Shown: in pieces, positions 1 through 12,795 of the stretch
Position numbering within the stretch: position 1 is the stretch's first letter
How the letters are laid out: each line of letters opens with the position of its first letter
Made by a program: the position numbers and the translations under genes
Source: Octopus sinensis
Lineage: Eukaryota
Direction of reading: 5' to 3'
Assembly: GCF_006345805.1 (NCBI RefSeq)
Contig: NC_042999.1
Coordinates: 93,558,001 to 93,622,000 of the forward strand
DNA: 64,000 bases
The notes under the pieces: model-generated
The model's input: the letters and a program-made list of their open reading frames with translations, nothing else
Told to the model about the DNA's origin: nothing
Databases searched by the model: none

Positions 1-540
1 AGTATTTCATGATACTAAGCAGTCAGTAACAATGAGTAACGAAAACATATATGCAAGTCGCATGAACGTTATTAAATTTCCATTCTGTAGAACGGATTAA
101 ACCCATTTATTTTAAAGAAGTTATACTAGTAGAAGCAGTAAGTCTTTAGTAGTGATATATGAATATCGCATTTACCGAACAGGTTTTGTGCGTATTGTGT
201 TCTCGTATAAATTCAGTTTTTTTCTATTTACTGTAATCTTATTATTTTTCATCGATTCTCATAAACCAATCTGTAAAATATTCTCCTCTATTCAAATCTT
301 GCCATGGTTCTATTAGGTTTCCAATGCCTTGAACGTAGAAATTAGTGGAACTCGACTCATAGAATTGATGAAGGGAACATCTCGCCGACTGATGGAGAGA
401 GATCGGAAAAATGATTATCTGACACCACTATATCAGGAAAATACGGTGGATTTGATGAAACCTCTCAACCAAATACCTCATGGGAATTCCAACCATATTT
501 CGTGGATCTCTACCTCAACAGCTCCTTTATAGGTCCAGTG

Positions 541-638
541 GCTAAAGACATCATCAGGGGGAATTATATCCGGTTTCGGCCCCTACTCTTCAACTATTTC
601 CGACATGGCGGGCCCTCCCTTTGGGAGGTGTCTTCAGC
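541..638 (-). ncRNA. Decayed permuted hammerhead-like motif in the HERO 3' UTR
   Basis: Minus strand: GCUGAAGACA-CCUCCC-AAA-GGGAG-GGCCC...GGGCC-GAAA-CCGG...CUGAUGA-UGUCUUUAGC. GAAA lies upstream of CUGAUGA. A 10-bp closing helix, a 6-bp hairpin and GGCCC/GGGCC are present (the hairpin's last G is shared with GGCCC). Stems I and III are not cleanly formed. Confidence 0.5.
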
Positions 639-1079
639 TCTGGTGTTGATTGCGTTTCTTCTTTTTCCTTTTTTCTTTTGTTCTTTGGTTTCTTCGATGC
701 AGCGTCATCGAATGTCAGCTGGCGAATGACCATCCTGCAAAATTACCCTTTAAATACTCGCTGGTAAGCTCCAGCAGCCAGCACCAGCCAACTGTCGTGA
801 CACTGTCTAAGCTTCAGATAACCAATGGAGGGAAGGGCGCGTAGTTTTAGCCTGCACCCTCTCTAAATTTGCATTCGAACTGTGTTGTGTTAGTTTCAGT
901 TCCAGCAGCCTGAGATCCACCACCTGTTTGGTGGTACTAGCCTACGAACCAGGAGGAAGGCGCGCTATGAACGAGATCGCTACCTTGGCCCACCCGTCAA
1001 TCAGCGTTGCTGCTTAAGTGTCAGCCAGCCTCACCTAATAAACCCTTTTCGCAGTCGGCTTGTTATGGCTTTCACGCCA

Positions 1080-1955
1080 TTTTTGGTCTTCTCGCTTCAG
1101 TCATATATAGAAGCTGGCTTTTTCGACTGCCTCCTGTAACCTCCTTATTACTTCTCTCAGCTCTGAGCGGGAAAATGTAAACCTTCTTTTAAATAATGTC
1201 GTCATTTTCCTTTCAATGAAACCCCTAGTCCCCACTGCTAGAGGTGATAATACTCGACAGTCTATCCCTGTTCTCTGCTCCATTCGATTAATCTCTCATA
1301 CCTCTTTTCCTTCCAATGCTCTGCATTAGCGATGTTCTCTTCCCATGGGACTGGCAGCTCTAGCAAAATTCCAATTTCCGTTCTGGATTCCATAGGATTA
1401 AGTCCGTATTTTTTGTTGTTGTTATGAGTGGAATTATTAACAGTCTTTCCAAATCCACGGCCAGCTCCCAGTATCACTTCCATTTTTCGTCTGTCTCGTT
1501 TATTTTATTGGAAGGCCTGGCGTTATGTCCTTTTGCCTCCTTCTGGAAATTTTTCCGCGTTTTTCCACTTTTCGGTATTCTCTCCTACTATATCCCTCGA
1601 TCTTCTTGTGTTCTGCGCTTATGACACTGAGGACTTGATTTTGACGTCATGTATATCTGTCTAGTGCTAGCCTGCTGTTTGACAGAACATGTATCAGCGT
1701 CGCTTTCTCTCCGTATCTACATTCATCAGTTGTTTGTATGTTCCACCGGATTAAATTCGTCGGTGAAGGTAAAACGTCGAAGGTAAACTTGATCAGGAAG
1801 GATGTTCTTGCTTGTTCTGAAGCCCAAATTTCCCTCCATGAGATTCTGCGACTGACAACATATTCCTCCCATCTCAGACACTGTCCTTGTTGACTACATT
1901 GCACCAAATGTACATTTCGCCTTTCTTCGTCCTCATTTCTCACTTCGCGTACCAC
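1080..1955 (-). pseudogene. CCHC knuckle plus RLE nuclease remnant of the HERO-like LINE
   Basis: Frameshifted fragments TFDVLPSPTNLIRW..ECR.G...TL.HVLSN; ILLELPVPWEENI; PLAVGTRGFI. Confidence 0.8.
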
Positions 1956-1961
1956 TGCCTC

Positions 1962-2666
1962 TTACATCTCTTTTACACTGCTCTTGCAAAATGACTTGAA
2001 ATTGTGCAACCCTAGACCGGCTCTTTCTTCTTGCGTTGTTCCGACTATATCGGCATGCCGTAGCTTTTCGAGCGCTCTGTTTACTGCCTCTTCTGCTTTC
2101 CATTTCCTCCCTGTTCTTACCTTTGGAATGGTTTCTCGGATGTTCCAAACTTTCGAATGCCTTAGCATCATTAATGTCCTTGCCTTTCTTGCATTATATT
2201 CTTCGGCGATTGATGTTATAGGTAGTTGCAGCATGGGATTTTCATATAGTGCAGTTGTATTGAGTAGTTTTGGAAGGCCAAGCCATTTTCTGATAAATAT
2301 ACTGCATCTTTGTTCTATCCTTTCTACTCTACTCGAGGTTATTTCGTACATTTGCAATGGCCACATTTTCCTTGGGTATAGTCTAAATTGCAGTATCCAA
2401 CATTTGAATTTCCCCGGTAACGTTGTTCCGTCAACGGCCTTTAGTCCTTGTTCCACTAAATCGTGTGTTTCTTTGCTTTGCTTCTTATCATTTTGTAAAT
2501 CTCCGTACCACCTGCCGAGACTCTTTACTGGTTGTTCTTTCACCGTTGGTATATCTTCACCTCCTATCCTGAATTTCACTCCTTTTTTTGACTTTTTTCC
2601 AAAAGCCACGCTTCGAGAGTTTTGGGCTTTGAATTTCAATCTCGCCCATCCTATTACTTCGTCCAA
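1962..2666 (-). pseudogene. Reverse transcriptase C-terminal/thumb fragment of the HERO-like LINE
   Basis: 234-aa ORF with KPVKSLGRWY, GKFKCWILQF, RIEQRCSIFIRKWLGLP and KVRTGRKWKAEEAV, typical of RLE-clade RT thumb regions. Confidence 0.85.
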
Positions 2667-4664
2667 CCACGCAAACGTTCCATCTGATGCTTCTATACTT
2701 TCTTATAATACTGTAACTTTGTCCATAACAGCCCTTAACGTGTCTATGTAAAAGATTTCTCACAGTTTACTGATATTAGTAGCATTTGCATGACTAGTAC
2801 AACTAACATGACTGGTATCGTGCATCCAACTGCAATATCTAATTCAAGTCGTTGCCACGCCGTTGTGAACTTTCCTGCAGTAAATCTCATCTTCAATTTA
2901 TCGTAGTAACACATGAGTATTCGTTGAACATCTTCTGGAACCCAAAAGAAGTCCATAGCTGCTTGAATTAGTGCGTGTGGAACAGATCCATATGCATTGG
3001 CAAGATCTAACCAAACAATGTATAGGCTTTTTCTTCAGTTGTTTTGCACAGTTGATAACTTCCCAGATGGCAAATGCATGTTCTATGCACCCAGGGATTC
3101 CAGTGATCCCTGCCTTTTGGATTGCTGCATTCCGTTATGCTCTACGAATTTTATGATTCGCCTTGCAATGATTTCAAACATGATTTTCCCATCGGTATTT
3201 AATAGTGAAATGAGTCTGAAATGAGTCTGAATTGCCCTAGTGGTTTTGCTTCCTTCTCTTTAGGTAAATAGATACGTTCAGCTATACAACATCGCTCTGC
3301 TACGTCTTTCTTCTGCCACATTCCCTTTATCAGTGCAAACAGTTGTAAACGCAATTTCGGGCAATACTTATAAACCTTGTAGCTAAATCCGTCGTTCACT
3401 GGTGAACTTCTTGCTCTTGCTTTTCTAATGAACTCATCCATTTCTTTCCGTCTGATGTCACTCGAATCGAAAGGTACCCTTGGTTCAGGTGGTTTCTTCA
3501 GCCCGAGCATTTCTGAGAGTACTTAATTTCTATCAGCGTCGCTGTATGTCACTTTAAGATGGTGTTTGAGCTCTTCTATAATGCAGTCTAACCTTCCAAT
3601 CTTACTTTCAGTGAACAAATGTTTATCATATAGATATGGATTGTTTACAAAACTACGACAGTTATTTTCTCTCCCCTTTCTTCTGTTCTTCCTTCTTTCT
3701 TTCTTAGTTGTTTTTGATGCCGCTTTTTCATCTCTTCATAAATCTATGTTAACCCTTCTCTTTCCATCCTTCTTTGCATCCCTTCTTATGGTTCTTACTT
3801 TTTCCCTATCTTGTATCTTTGCGATCCGTCTTTCTCTACTCGATGGTCTGCCTTAGCTGATGATTCTTCATTCTTAATGTAATTAGTAATGTGGGGTCGA
3901 GCATTATCGCATTGAAGATCACGCCGTTTCACTGGCTGGGCCATTTCACCTGAATAACCTCGTTATGTCGAAGCATTGTTGATCATCTGTATTGGCTTCG
4001 TAGTTTTTTTCTTTTTTTAAGTATTATCCCATTGTTTAGTCCTTCCCAATCGTAGATCACGATTTTACGTGGATAGAGTTGCTTCAGGTGTAATGTGTTT
4101 GTTGGGATTCAGCCATTCTCTTCTCTGCATCATATGGACGCGTTATTTTGCACTTTCAATGATAGTGTAGTAAAGAAATCCCTGTGTCCACGAGTAGCTT
4201 GGCATAAAGTAAGCAAACTGGTGGCAGTCGAAGGACTTTGGTATTTATCACTTTTGTTCAGAATGTGTAACACATGTGTACAAACTTCAAGGCCTTCCCT
4301 ATCGAATGTAGGCGACGAGTAAAGGAATCGTGTAAGTATTCTATCCGCTGGATTTCCTGTCATGAGAATTAGCGTGGATCCCCATAAATGAACGTGTTCA
4401 ATCGATCCTCTTTAGGCTAAACATGTCAACCGGAAGGCACTTAGTGTGTGTGTTCGAATTTATGCAACTTTAAACGTGAAAGCATTTACGTAAAGTTCTT
4501 CTCGGAATGGTCCCTTCACCATCTAGAGCACAAATGTCTTAAGTAGCTTTGACACCATTCGAACTTTGATTAAAAGCGTAGAGAAGCGGGTATCACTTTT
4601 TAAACTTTGCCCTCAGTTGTTATATAATTTCTTTTTTTTAAATTTCGAAAACGATGAACAAGTT

Positions 4665-4870
4665 TTAGTAGAACTGAGAGCGAAGATTAAAAAGTGATAT
4701 CCACTTCTCTATAAGTGTTGTATTACTCTTGAATACTCTCGTGATGTCATATAGGCCGCCTACCTTTTGTATCTTTTCGGAAAGGCCTTTCATATAGGGT
4801 AGGCAGACTCCTATCGAGTGCTTGCCGGCACAGATTGATATCCTGGAGTTTCTTGATGACAGTTGCAAGA
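4665..4870 (-). mobile_element. Penelope-like element fragment (post-RT region)
   Basis: ORF 4665-4976 contains VCLPYMKGLSEKIQKVGGLYDITRVFKSNTTL, the PLE LPY..GLSEKI...FKS.. motif. Confidence 0.7.
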
Positions 4871-5330
4871 GTTTCACCACTAATGTTGTATGTCTTGGGT
4901 GTAACTCAGTAGCAATAAAATCTTCGAAATTCTTTAAATCACAGAGTATCTTGGTTGAACTCCTTTTCCTTTTCACTCCAGATTTTCCTCCAGAAGGAGT
5001 CTATGTCTTCTCGTGAATGAGCTTCTGTGATGGTCATTGTTCCTCCTCTTATGTCTCTGTATACTGCTGCGTAGTTCCGGTTAATTTGTTTTGTTTATTG
5101 TTCTTCTCTCGGTTATTCTAGCTCCTGCTTGAGAATTATCAGTTTGCAAGTGAGTGTCCTGATTTTGCTGTCTGCAAACATTATTTATATCTCCTCCTTT
5201 ACCTTCTTGTTGGTAGGACGTATAGTGGTTTGCTTATTTGCACGCAAGTTGCATCATTACATGACCGATGGTCTTCCGTAAATTAATTATCATTTTCCCA
5301 GTTTTCAAAACCTATGGTGGTACTTTTTTT
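4870..5330 (-). mobile_element. Probable R4/Dong-like non-LTR fragment (pre-RT region)
   Basis: Manual translation gives EDIDSFWRKIWSEKEKEFN, resembling the FW..IWS....N motif of R4/Dong elements; heavily decayed. Confidence 0.45.
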
Positions 5331-5613
5331 GTTGTTCCAGTTTTGTTTACTTTTTGGGTGTCATTCATGTACTACTTTGCAGTAGTAGCCTGATCATATA
5401 GACAGGCGTTAATCTGCCAGAATATGGGTTTATCACACTGCTGTAGAAACTCATCACCAATTTCGTTAACGGCTTCTTATATCGCATCTGATGGTTTTTC
5501 ACATACATTGGATAAAGAATAATCTCTCCTTGAGAGAGTACTTCAAAGCCAAAGTTATGCATGTTTGTATGTATGTATGTATCTTTGCATCTCTCTCTCC
5601 CTCTCCCTCTCTC

Positions 5614-5656
<43 letters not shown>

Positions 5657-5669
5657 GAATGTATATATA

Positions 5670-6090
5670 TATTGGTTCATCCCATAAATAATGTTTTTTT
5701 TTAATTGCATGAATTATAAGTCGGGTGGAGGACGGGATAAACTACCAGCAACAACTTGCTATAAAAGCATGTATTATTTTCTTAATGCAAAGTTTTGAAG
5801 GGCGCATTTCGACTTCAACAAATTTTTTTTTTCAAAGCTATAATGGAAGTGACCAAGGGGCATATTCGGCGTGTTTTGCTTTATGAGTTCAATAAAGGTA
5901 ACAACGCAACAGAAAGTGCGAGGAATGTTAATGAAGTATGTGGAGATAGGACAATAAGCCTAAGCCAGTGTCAACGATGGTTCCAGAAAGTCTGAATCGG
6001 AAACTACTGTCTAGACGACGAGTCCCGTTCTGGAAGATCTGTAGAGCTCAACGAAGTCATCCTGCAAACTATGGTGAAACAAAATCCCAT
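5670..6090 (+). mobile_element. Mariner 5' fragment (HTH region of transposase)
   Basis: ATG at 5843: MEVTKGHIRRVLLYEFNKGNNATESARNVNEVCGDRTISLSQCQRWFQK, then a stop and decayed D..RSGR sequence; truncated. Confidence 0.8.
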
Positions 6091-6593
6091 TTAGTTTGAA
6101 AATGTACCCGAATTTGAAAAACGTGTAGCTATTTTTAAATAAAATTCTTTATATACATACAAAACTAGTTTCGACAAATGTTTATTTATCAATGGCACAA
6201 ATATACATAAAACAACTGGATTTTAACAGAATTTAAAATTACGAAGTAGAAAACATGTTTAAATGATTAAAAGCTCACAAAATTCCATGACAGGGGTCCT
6301 CAAGAGAAAAAATCGAAGGGAATGGTTAATGACTACTCCATACATGGAAGTCACCAAGCAAGGATGCCAAAATTTACCAAAGCAAAAAACGAGACTTTTT
6401 ATTAAAATAAAGTGACGTCACGAATCCTACTACCAATCAAAACCTGTTCTTATGTACAAAGAACCAACCAACAAACCAACCAATCAAAACACTAATGCCA
6501 AATCTATTTTCTGACCAAAAATGCCCACCAGAAAGAATAAGACGTCATCAGAATTATAACGAATCAAAAATTAGGTCCCTTCACGTAAAAGCA

Positions 6594-6643
<50 letters not shown>

Positions 6644-7039
6644 AGATATTCTCTGATTCCAAAACACTCCGTTAAAAGGGAAAGTCTCTGTACACGACGA
6701 AAGAATGAACTACAGGCAAGACGGCAGAAACTGTAAAAAAAAAACTGTTTTTACTCTCTTCTTTTCTTCTTTCTCTCTCTTGTCTACGTATTCTATAACA
6801 ACTAAATATGACAGAACTGTTAATAATGTAAACATGTTTTTCTACTTCGTCATTTTAAATTCTATTAAAATCCCGTTGTTTTATGTATATTTGTACCATT
6901 GATAAACAAAAAAAAAATGTTGAAACTAGCTTGGTATGTATGTAAATAAATCTATTTAAAAACAACTGCAATTTTTCAATTTCAGGTGCATTTTCAAAAA
7001 CAAACACGCCTATATTTTTTTCCTACGTGGAAATACACC

Positions 7040-7940
7040 CCTTCTTTCCATTTCCTCTATTGCTCTGCTTTCGTCTAACTTTTTCTCCTTGTGTTTTCTG
7101 TTAAATCCTTGATATATATCGAGGAAATAGTTGAAAACTTAACGGAAGGGGAATATAGACAGACACGATACACGGAAGAGTGGGAGCGTGGTTTCGTGAC
7201 ATTATCATTGAGACCAGCCAATCTTGGATGCATCAGTGCTGTCATTAAGCTCCATTTTTACCCTATCTCTCCTTTCCACATTTGGTTGCATTCCTTGAAG
7301 CTTTCTCTTCTCTCTCCTTCATCCTGTTTCTTCATTCCATCTCTCTCTCTCTCTGTATCACATCCTTCCCCGCTCTCTATACTTCCTCTTCCCTACCATG
7401 TGACTAGTGTCCGGTGAAGGCGGTGATGAGCTTTTATACCCTGCCTTTTTCCAGACTTGTCATGCTGATCTGGGCTCCTGCAACATCCATTAGGACTTAC
7501 TCCAGTTCACCTTGCGCAAACCCACAAAGTTAGTTCGATAGCTGCAAAGCATTTTCTTTTGTATTTGTGATATTTGTTTAATTACTTTTATGTGTTTCTT
7601 CCATTGTACATAGCCGAAAGACTTCGTGGTGTTATATATGCATAATTCTTCGTCTGTGGTATTTATGTAATATCTGTTTGTTTCTGTCTCTGTTTGTTAC
7701 AGTCACTAGAATTTTTCCAGTAGCTTAATAACAGCACGAGTGTCTCCAAGGCTGAGTGGTCTTAATGATAATGGCGCGAAACTACGATGTTATTTTGGGT
7801 CATTGACTGACGAAAGAAACTGAGTTACGAATATTCCAAGCATCGTCTCTTTGTCAATATTCCCCGCCCGTTAAGTTTCCGTCTATTTTCCCATTTGCTC
7901 TGTTTTCGTCTAACTTTTGTCCTTGTTGTGGTTCTGCCTA
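7040..7940 (+). mobile_element. Diverged member of the non-coding ribozyme-bearing repeat family, with terminal redundancy
   Basis: Shares CCAYGTGACYRGTGTCCGG with the reverse complement of 46410-46430 and CGAAAGAC (7615-7622) with the reverse complements of 26507, 27300 and 46276. The segment ~7050-7110 recurs at ~7885-7930 (about 830 nt apart). Contains the permuted hammerhead at 7740-7813. Confidence 0.6.
7740..7813 (+). ncRNA. Non-circularly permuted hammerhead ribozyme candidate (GUC site)
   Basis: GUGUC(7740-44)/GGCGC(7773-77); UCCAAGG(7745-51)/UUUUGGG(7793-99); GUGGU(7756-60)/ACUAC(7781-85); C17=7761; UUAAUGA(7762-68)/UCAUUGA(7800-06); GAAA 7778-81; CUGACGA 7807-13. Confidence 0.75.
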
Positions 7941-8059
7941 TTCAATGCTTGATACATCCATGTTACGCAACGCACACCCTGTTTGTTTACTACATTCATG
8001 GATGTATCAAAAGTTGAATATATATATGTGTGTGTGTGTGTATGTGTATGTGTATTTAC

Positions 8060-8245
8060 ATGAGAGATAGTGCTATAAATATTTTTTGCGTAATAAATGT
8101 AGTCAAATGTTTCAAAACTAGCAGGCATTAACTCAAGATGGTTACAATAAATTTCTTCATAAAAATGCCAGAAACGTCCGGGTTTTGTTAGTGGTGGCTT
8201 CTGAAACAGCTCTTTCAAATATATGTAATGGACAAAGATGTGCAA
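8060..8245 (-). mobile_element. Possible PIF/Harbinger transposase N-terminal remnant
   Basis: PGRFWHFYEEIYC...SFETFDYI loosely resembles the F..LY.EL...RMS..TFD.L motif; weak. Confidence 0.3.
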
Positions 8246-8643
8246 GGAAAGCAGAAACTTAATGGACAGTGATATTTAAGAAGACGATGCAATTCGTAAA
8301 AGTAAAATTGCGTTAAGGAGATTTTGTCACAATTGAATCTACAGGCCGAAAATGAAATGGGTTAATCCCAAATTTGTGATAGTATTATCTACCAATATGA
8401 GGTGAGGAAGGATAATTTCTGCTTAAAATGCATGCAATAATTGTAATAAGATATATTAGTCAATGTTATAGTCGAGAACAGGTTATATATTTCTAAAATC
8501 TAAAGCGACCTGTCCTGTATTTTTCAGTAATCGTTAAGTTGAAATGGAAAACATGATTATAATTACTACTTTTATTCCATAATAGCATTTTAATATTACA
8601 ATAATAATGATAAAATTAAAGATAATCACAACGACCAAAATAT

Positions 8644-8806
8644 TCTTCTTCTTCTTCTTCTTCTTCTTCTTCTTCTTCTTCTTCTTCTTCTTCTTCTTCT
8701 TCTTCTTCTTCTTCTTCTTCTTCTTCTTCTCTTCTTCTTCTTCTTCTTCCTCCTCCTCCTCCTCCTCCTTATTATTCTTCTTCTTATTATTATTATTATC
8801 ATCATC

Positions 8807-8888
<82 letters not shown>

Positions 8889-8925
8889 CATCGTCGTCGT
8901 CGTTATCTTTATCGTCATCATCATG
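8644..8925. repeat. Compound trinucleotide microsatellite (TTC)n(TCC)n(TTA)n(TCA)n(TCG)n
   Basis: Directly visible. Confidence 0.95.
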
Positions 8926-9180
8926 TAGAGCTTCAATTTAATATTTGTCAATATTAGTATTATTAAAAAAAATTGAATTGTTATTTATTAGTTCTTAAAT
9001 GCACTAAATATTTCCATTTTCGTAAATTATTTCAAACTTACGTATGCAAGATGAAGTAGAAATATATTACCGGTTTAACATCGATTTAGAGTTAGAGATT
9101 TAATTGCAGTACGTTGAATATTCAAATATTTGTTTTTAAAATGCAACTAAGATACAAATGCTGCAAAATAATTTACCAAA

Positions 9181-9817
<637 letters not shown>

Positions 9818-10292
9818 AACACTTATTTCCTTATCGTATTTATCGCTGATGACGAGAAAATTCTAAATGAATTAACTCAGAAATTGGGACCGATCCGATA
9901 ATAACGAAATTTTTTAGAAATTTCTATCGGCTTGCTTTCGAGAAGCGTGCTTGTAGTGATAGATTATATAGTTATTGGCGAATAAGTCTGTATTTTTGCA
10001 TGTTTGGCATTAGAATTTTTTGTTTTGCCCTTGTTTATAAGTTGTTTACGCAATTTAACCTTTGAAGGTATTTTTTTGATATGCAAGCCTCTGATAAAAT
10101 TTTTTCGAAAATTTTATCCTATATTAGATATGTAAACACTTATATATATATATCATGAACTAGCTGTTACTTTCTCAGATGCAGCGCGATGTTTTGTCAT
10201 TGAACAGGTCGCGATTTCAAAGCGACGAAAATATTTTGACAAAAATTAAATTTAAATGTTGAAGTGAAACTAAGGGTTTGTGTTGTATTTTT

Positions 10293-10360
<68 letters not shown>

Positions 10361-10792
10361 AAGAGAGAGAGAGGGAGAGAGAAAGTAAAGTATATTTGCC
10401 AACATAAATTGGCAGTCCTGATTAGGACGGTGTTACTACTTTTTTTTAGGACCAAATAAACATCTTTTCCAGCTGGCTATCGAGGCACAACTGCATCGTT
10501 ATACCTCAACAAGGTCTTAGAACTTAGATGTCGTTACTCGGTGAAGAATTGTAAACTTACTTCACTTTACTGAAAAAATTGCAGCTGAATGTACAATCGG
10601 GAAAGAATCACATCACCAACATATTTACAAGATAGATATTGTTAGATAGTAAAAATTTGTAAGAGATAGACTTATGGATTTTATAGGGGAGTGCAAGGCA
10701 AATACTACGTTTTATGTTTAGCAAAACAAATTAGAATAATGGAAAAGATTTTAAAAGTTGCCATTAATTTGTAACAGAAGCATTGTATAGGC

Positions 10793-10996
10793 CAGTGATT
10801 TCCAACACTTTTATTTAAGTGAATTTTCCCACGGACCCCTTTGAATATGCTTATCCTTATGTGTGTACATATATATGTATGTGTGTGTGTGTTTGTGTGT
10901 GAGTGTGTGTGTGAAATCTTGAATTTAGTTCACAGAACCCAAGTACGAACTTTGCAGACCACTAGGGTTCCACGGACACCAGGTTGGGAACCAATG
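10793..10996. mobile_element. hAT-type MITE
   Basis: TIRs CAGTGATTTCCAAC / GTTGGGAACCAATG; degenerate 8-bp TSD GTATAGGC / GTGTAGGT; internal (GT)n. Confidence 0.65.
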
Positions 10997-11348
10997 GTGT
11001 AGGTGTTTATATTATGTTTTTGCAAAATATATATCAGATATTCTAGAAAATAAAGAAGTAGAAATGACTGAGCAAATGAGTGAGCTACAACCGGTGCTTC
11101 ATTGGAAAAGTATACACAGCTGTGTGTACGTGTAAATATACATATATAGATACAAGATGCAAACGACACACACATACGCATACGAGTGAAGGAACAAGGG
11201 AAACTAATTGGCACTTATCTCATCTGGTGTGAACTTGATTCAGCTTCATGCAATTCAAGATTTCGTAGGCTCGTAGAGTTGTTGCAGAGAAGCATAGAAT
11301 CCTTAATGTAAGCATTCTATTATTGGGAAATATTATTTATATAGTTAT

Positions 11349-11461
<113 letters not shown>

Positions 11462-11546
11462 GCGTTTCTCTTGGTTATAGTTTGAATGGTTACCTCCCTT
11501 GGGTTCGCCACGGATGGTAAATTTGTTTGCATTATCTTATATTATC

Positions 11547-11703
11547 CTTGTCACACTCTGTGTCACGCTGATCTCCATGAGAACTACGTCCGGGGTACAC
11601 GTTTCTGTGGATTGTTCAGTCACTTGCACATTAACATCCCGAGCAAGCTGTTCCGTTGATCGTATCAGCTGGGATCCTCGTCGTCGTAACCGATGGAGTG
11701 CTC
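11547..11703 (+). mobile_element. 5'-truncated copy of the tRNA-derived SINE
   Basis: Matches the 3' half of 11735-12100 and 33279-33660 (GAGAACTAC...CGTCGTCGTAACCGAYGGAGTG). Confidence 0.8.
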
Positions 11704-11734
11704 CTAATTTTATATTATATATTATGGGGGCAGT

Positions 11735-12100
11735 GGAGTCGCAATGGCCCAGTAGTTAGGGCAGTGGACTCGCGATCGTAGGATCGCAGTTTCGATTCCC
11801 AGACCGGGCATTGTGAGTTTTTATTTAGCGAAAACACCTAAAACTCCACGACGCCCCGACAGGAGTGGTGGCGAACTCTGCTGTACTCTTTCACCACAAC
11901 TTTCTCTCACTCTATCTTCTTGTTTCTGTTGCACCTGTATTGCAAAGGGCCAGCCCTGTCACGCTGTGTCTCCCCGAGAACTACCTTGAGGGTACACATA
12001 TCTGATGAACGTTCAGCCACTTGCACGTTAATTTCATGAACAGGCTGTTTCCTTGATCATATCAACTGGAGCCCTCATCGTCGTATCCGATGGAGTGCCA
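11735..12100 (+). mobile_element. tRNA-derived SINE (tRNA-Arg-like head)
   Basis: Head GGAGTCGCAATGGCCCAGTAGTTAGGGCAGTGGACTCGCG...GTTTCGATTCCC with A/B-box-like motifs; homologous to 33279-33660. Confidence 0.85.
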
Positions 12101-12377
12101 CGATTAGGAGGGTATTTGATATTACTATGCTGATGTAGTTCGCCGTGGGGCGTATTTATTGTGTGAAATCCGTGTGTCATGTATATTCAAATTTCACATT
12201 CAAGAACTGAGCTATTCTGTTGGGATTAGCTGAAGAACTAAATATATACCGTACACAGATAACATCCTAAAAGTTAAGATGAAGTCGTCTCTCTCCGCAT
12301 ACACAAGCAACATTTCAAACTTAAACATTTTAAATAGGAACGAACACTTGCGACGCTAATCCCATTAGGATAGCACC

Positions 12378-12424
<47 letters not shown>

Positions 12425-12499
12425 ATTCACACACACACATATATATATAAATATATCTCTCTCTATATATATATATACAACACACACACATACACACAT

Positions 12500-12795
12500 A
12501 TGTGTTAATATAAAGGTAACGGGAAAACGCCCACTTCTGTCATGAATGACCATGAGATTGCACTTAGAATGTTTCCTTCCAAGGTGCAATTCCGGACAAT
12601 GTTGATTGCCCATGCATATAATCCTTCCCTTTCCACACTAGCGATATTATCCAGTGTCTATGCAGATTGACATCAATGACGTCGCAACTCATTTCTACAG
12701 CTGAGTGAGCTAGTGCATCGTGGAATAAATTGCCTTACTCAAGAACACAACGCACAGTTCGGCCCGGAAATCGAACTCACTCTCATGATTGTGAG
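12500..12795 (-). mobile_element. SINE, second family
   Basis: The reverse complement has a tRNA-like head (TGGTTAGAGG...GAGTTCGATTTCC) followed by TGTGTTCTTGAGTAAGGCAATTTATT...CAGCTGTAGAAATGAG; boundaries approximate. Confidence 0.65.

Larger units (their letters stand above)
531..4400 (-). mobile_element. Degenerate near full-length non-LTR retrotransposon, RLE (restriction-like endonuclease) type, HERO-like
   Basis: Collinear minus-strand ORF fragments: N-terminus (4130-4363); RT N-part YKVYKYCPKL...GQFRLIS (3199-3510); RT FTTAWQRLELDIAVGCTI (2744-2956); RT C-part/thumb WARLKFKAQNSRS...PVKSLGRWY...LPGKFKCWILQF (1962-2666); CCHC-like knuckle DVLPSPTNLIRW...ECRYGEKATLIHVLSN (1647-1955); RLE ELPVPWEEN...KEKRYERL and LAVGTRGF...VEKASFYI (1101-1483). 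Many stops and frameshifts. Boundaries approximate. Confidence 0.85.

Noticed and set aside
1984-2751. 255-aa plus-strand ORF
   Set aside because: Antisense shadow of the HERO RT ORF; no independent motif.
4440-4640. Possible plus-strand PLE 3' remnant
   Set aside because: Only a loose resemblance to the KE..FI..FKP.LN terminus.
8607-8957. Poly-F/S/Y and poly-R ORFs, and the many YIYI/HTHT/VCVC ORFs elsewhere
   Set aside because: Translations of microsatellites, not genes.
9843-9870. CUGAUGA-CGA-GAAA
   Set aside because: No room for stem II and no stem I or III pairing.
11735-11810. tRNA-Arg gene (also 33279-33355)
   Set aside because: The tRNA-like head continues into a SINE body with a TSD; the acceptor stem is not intact.
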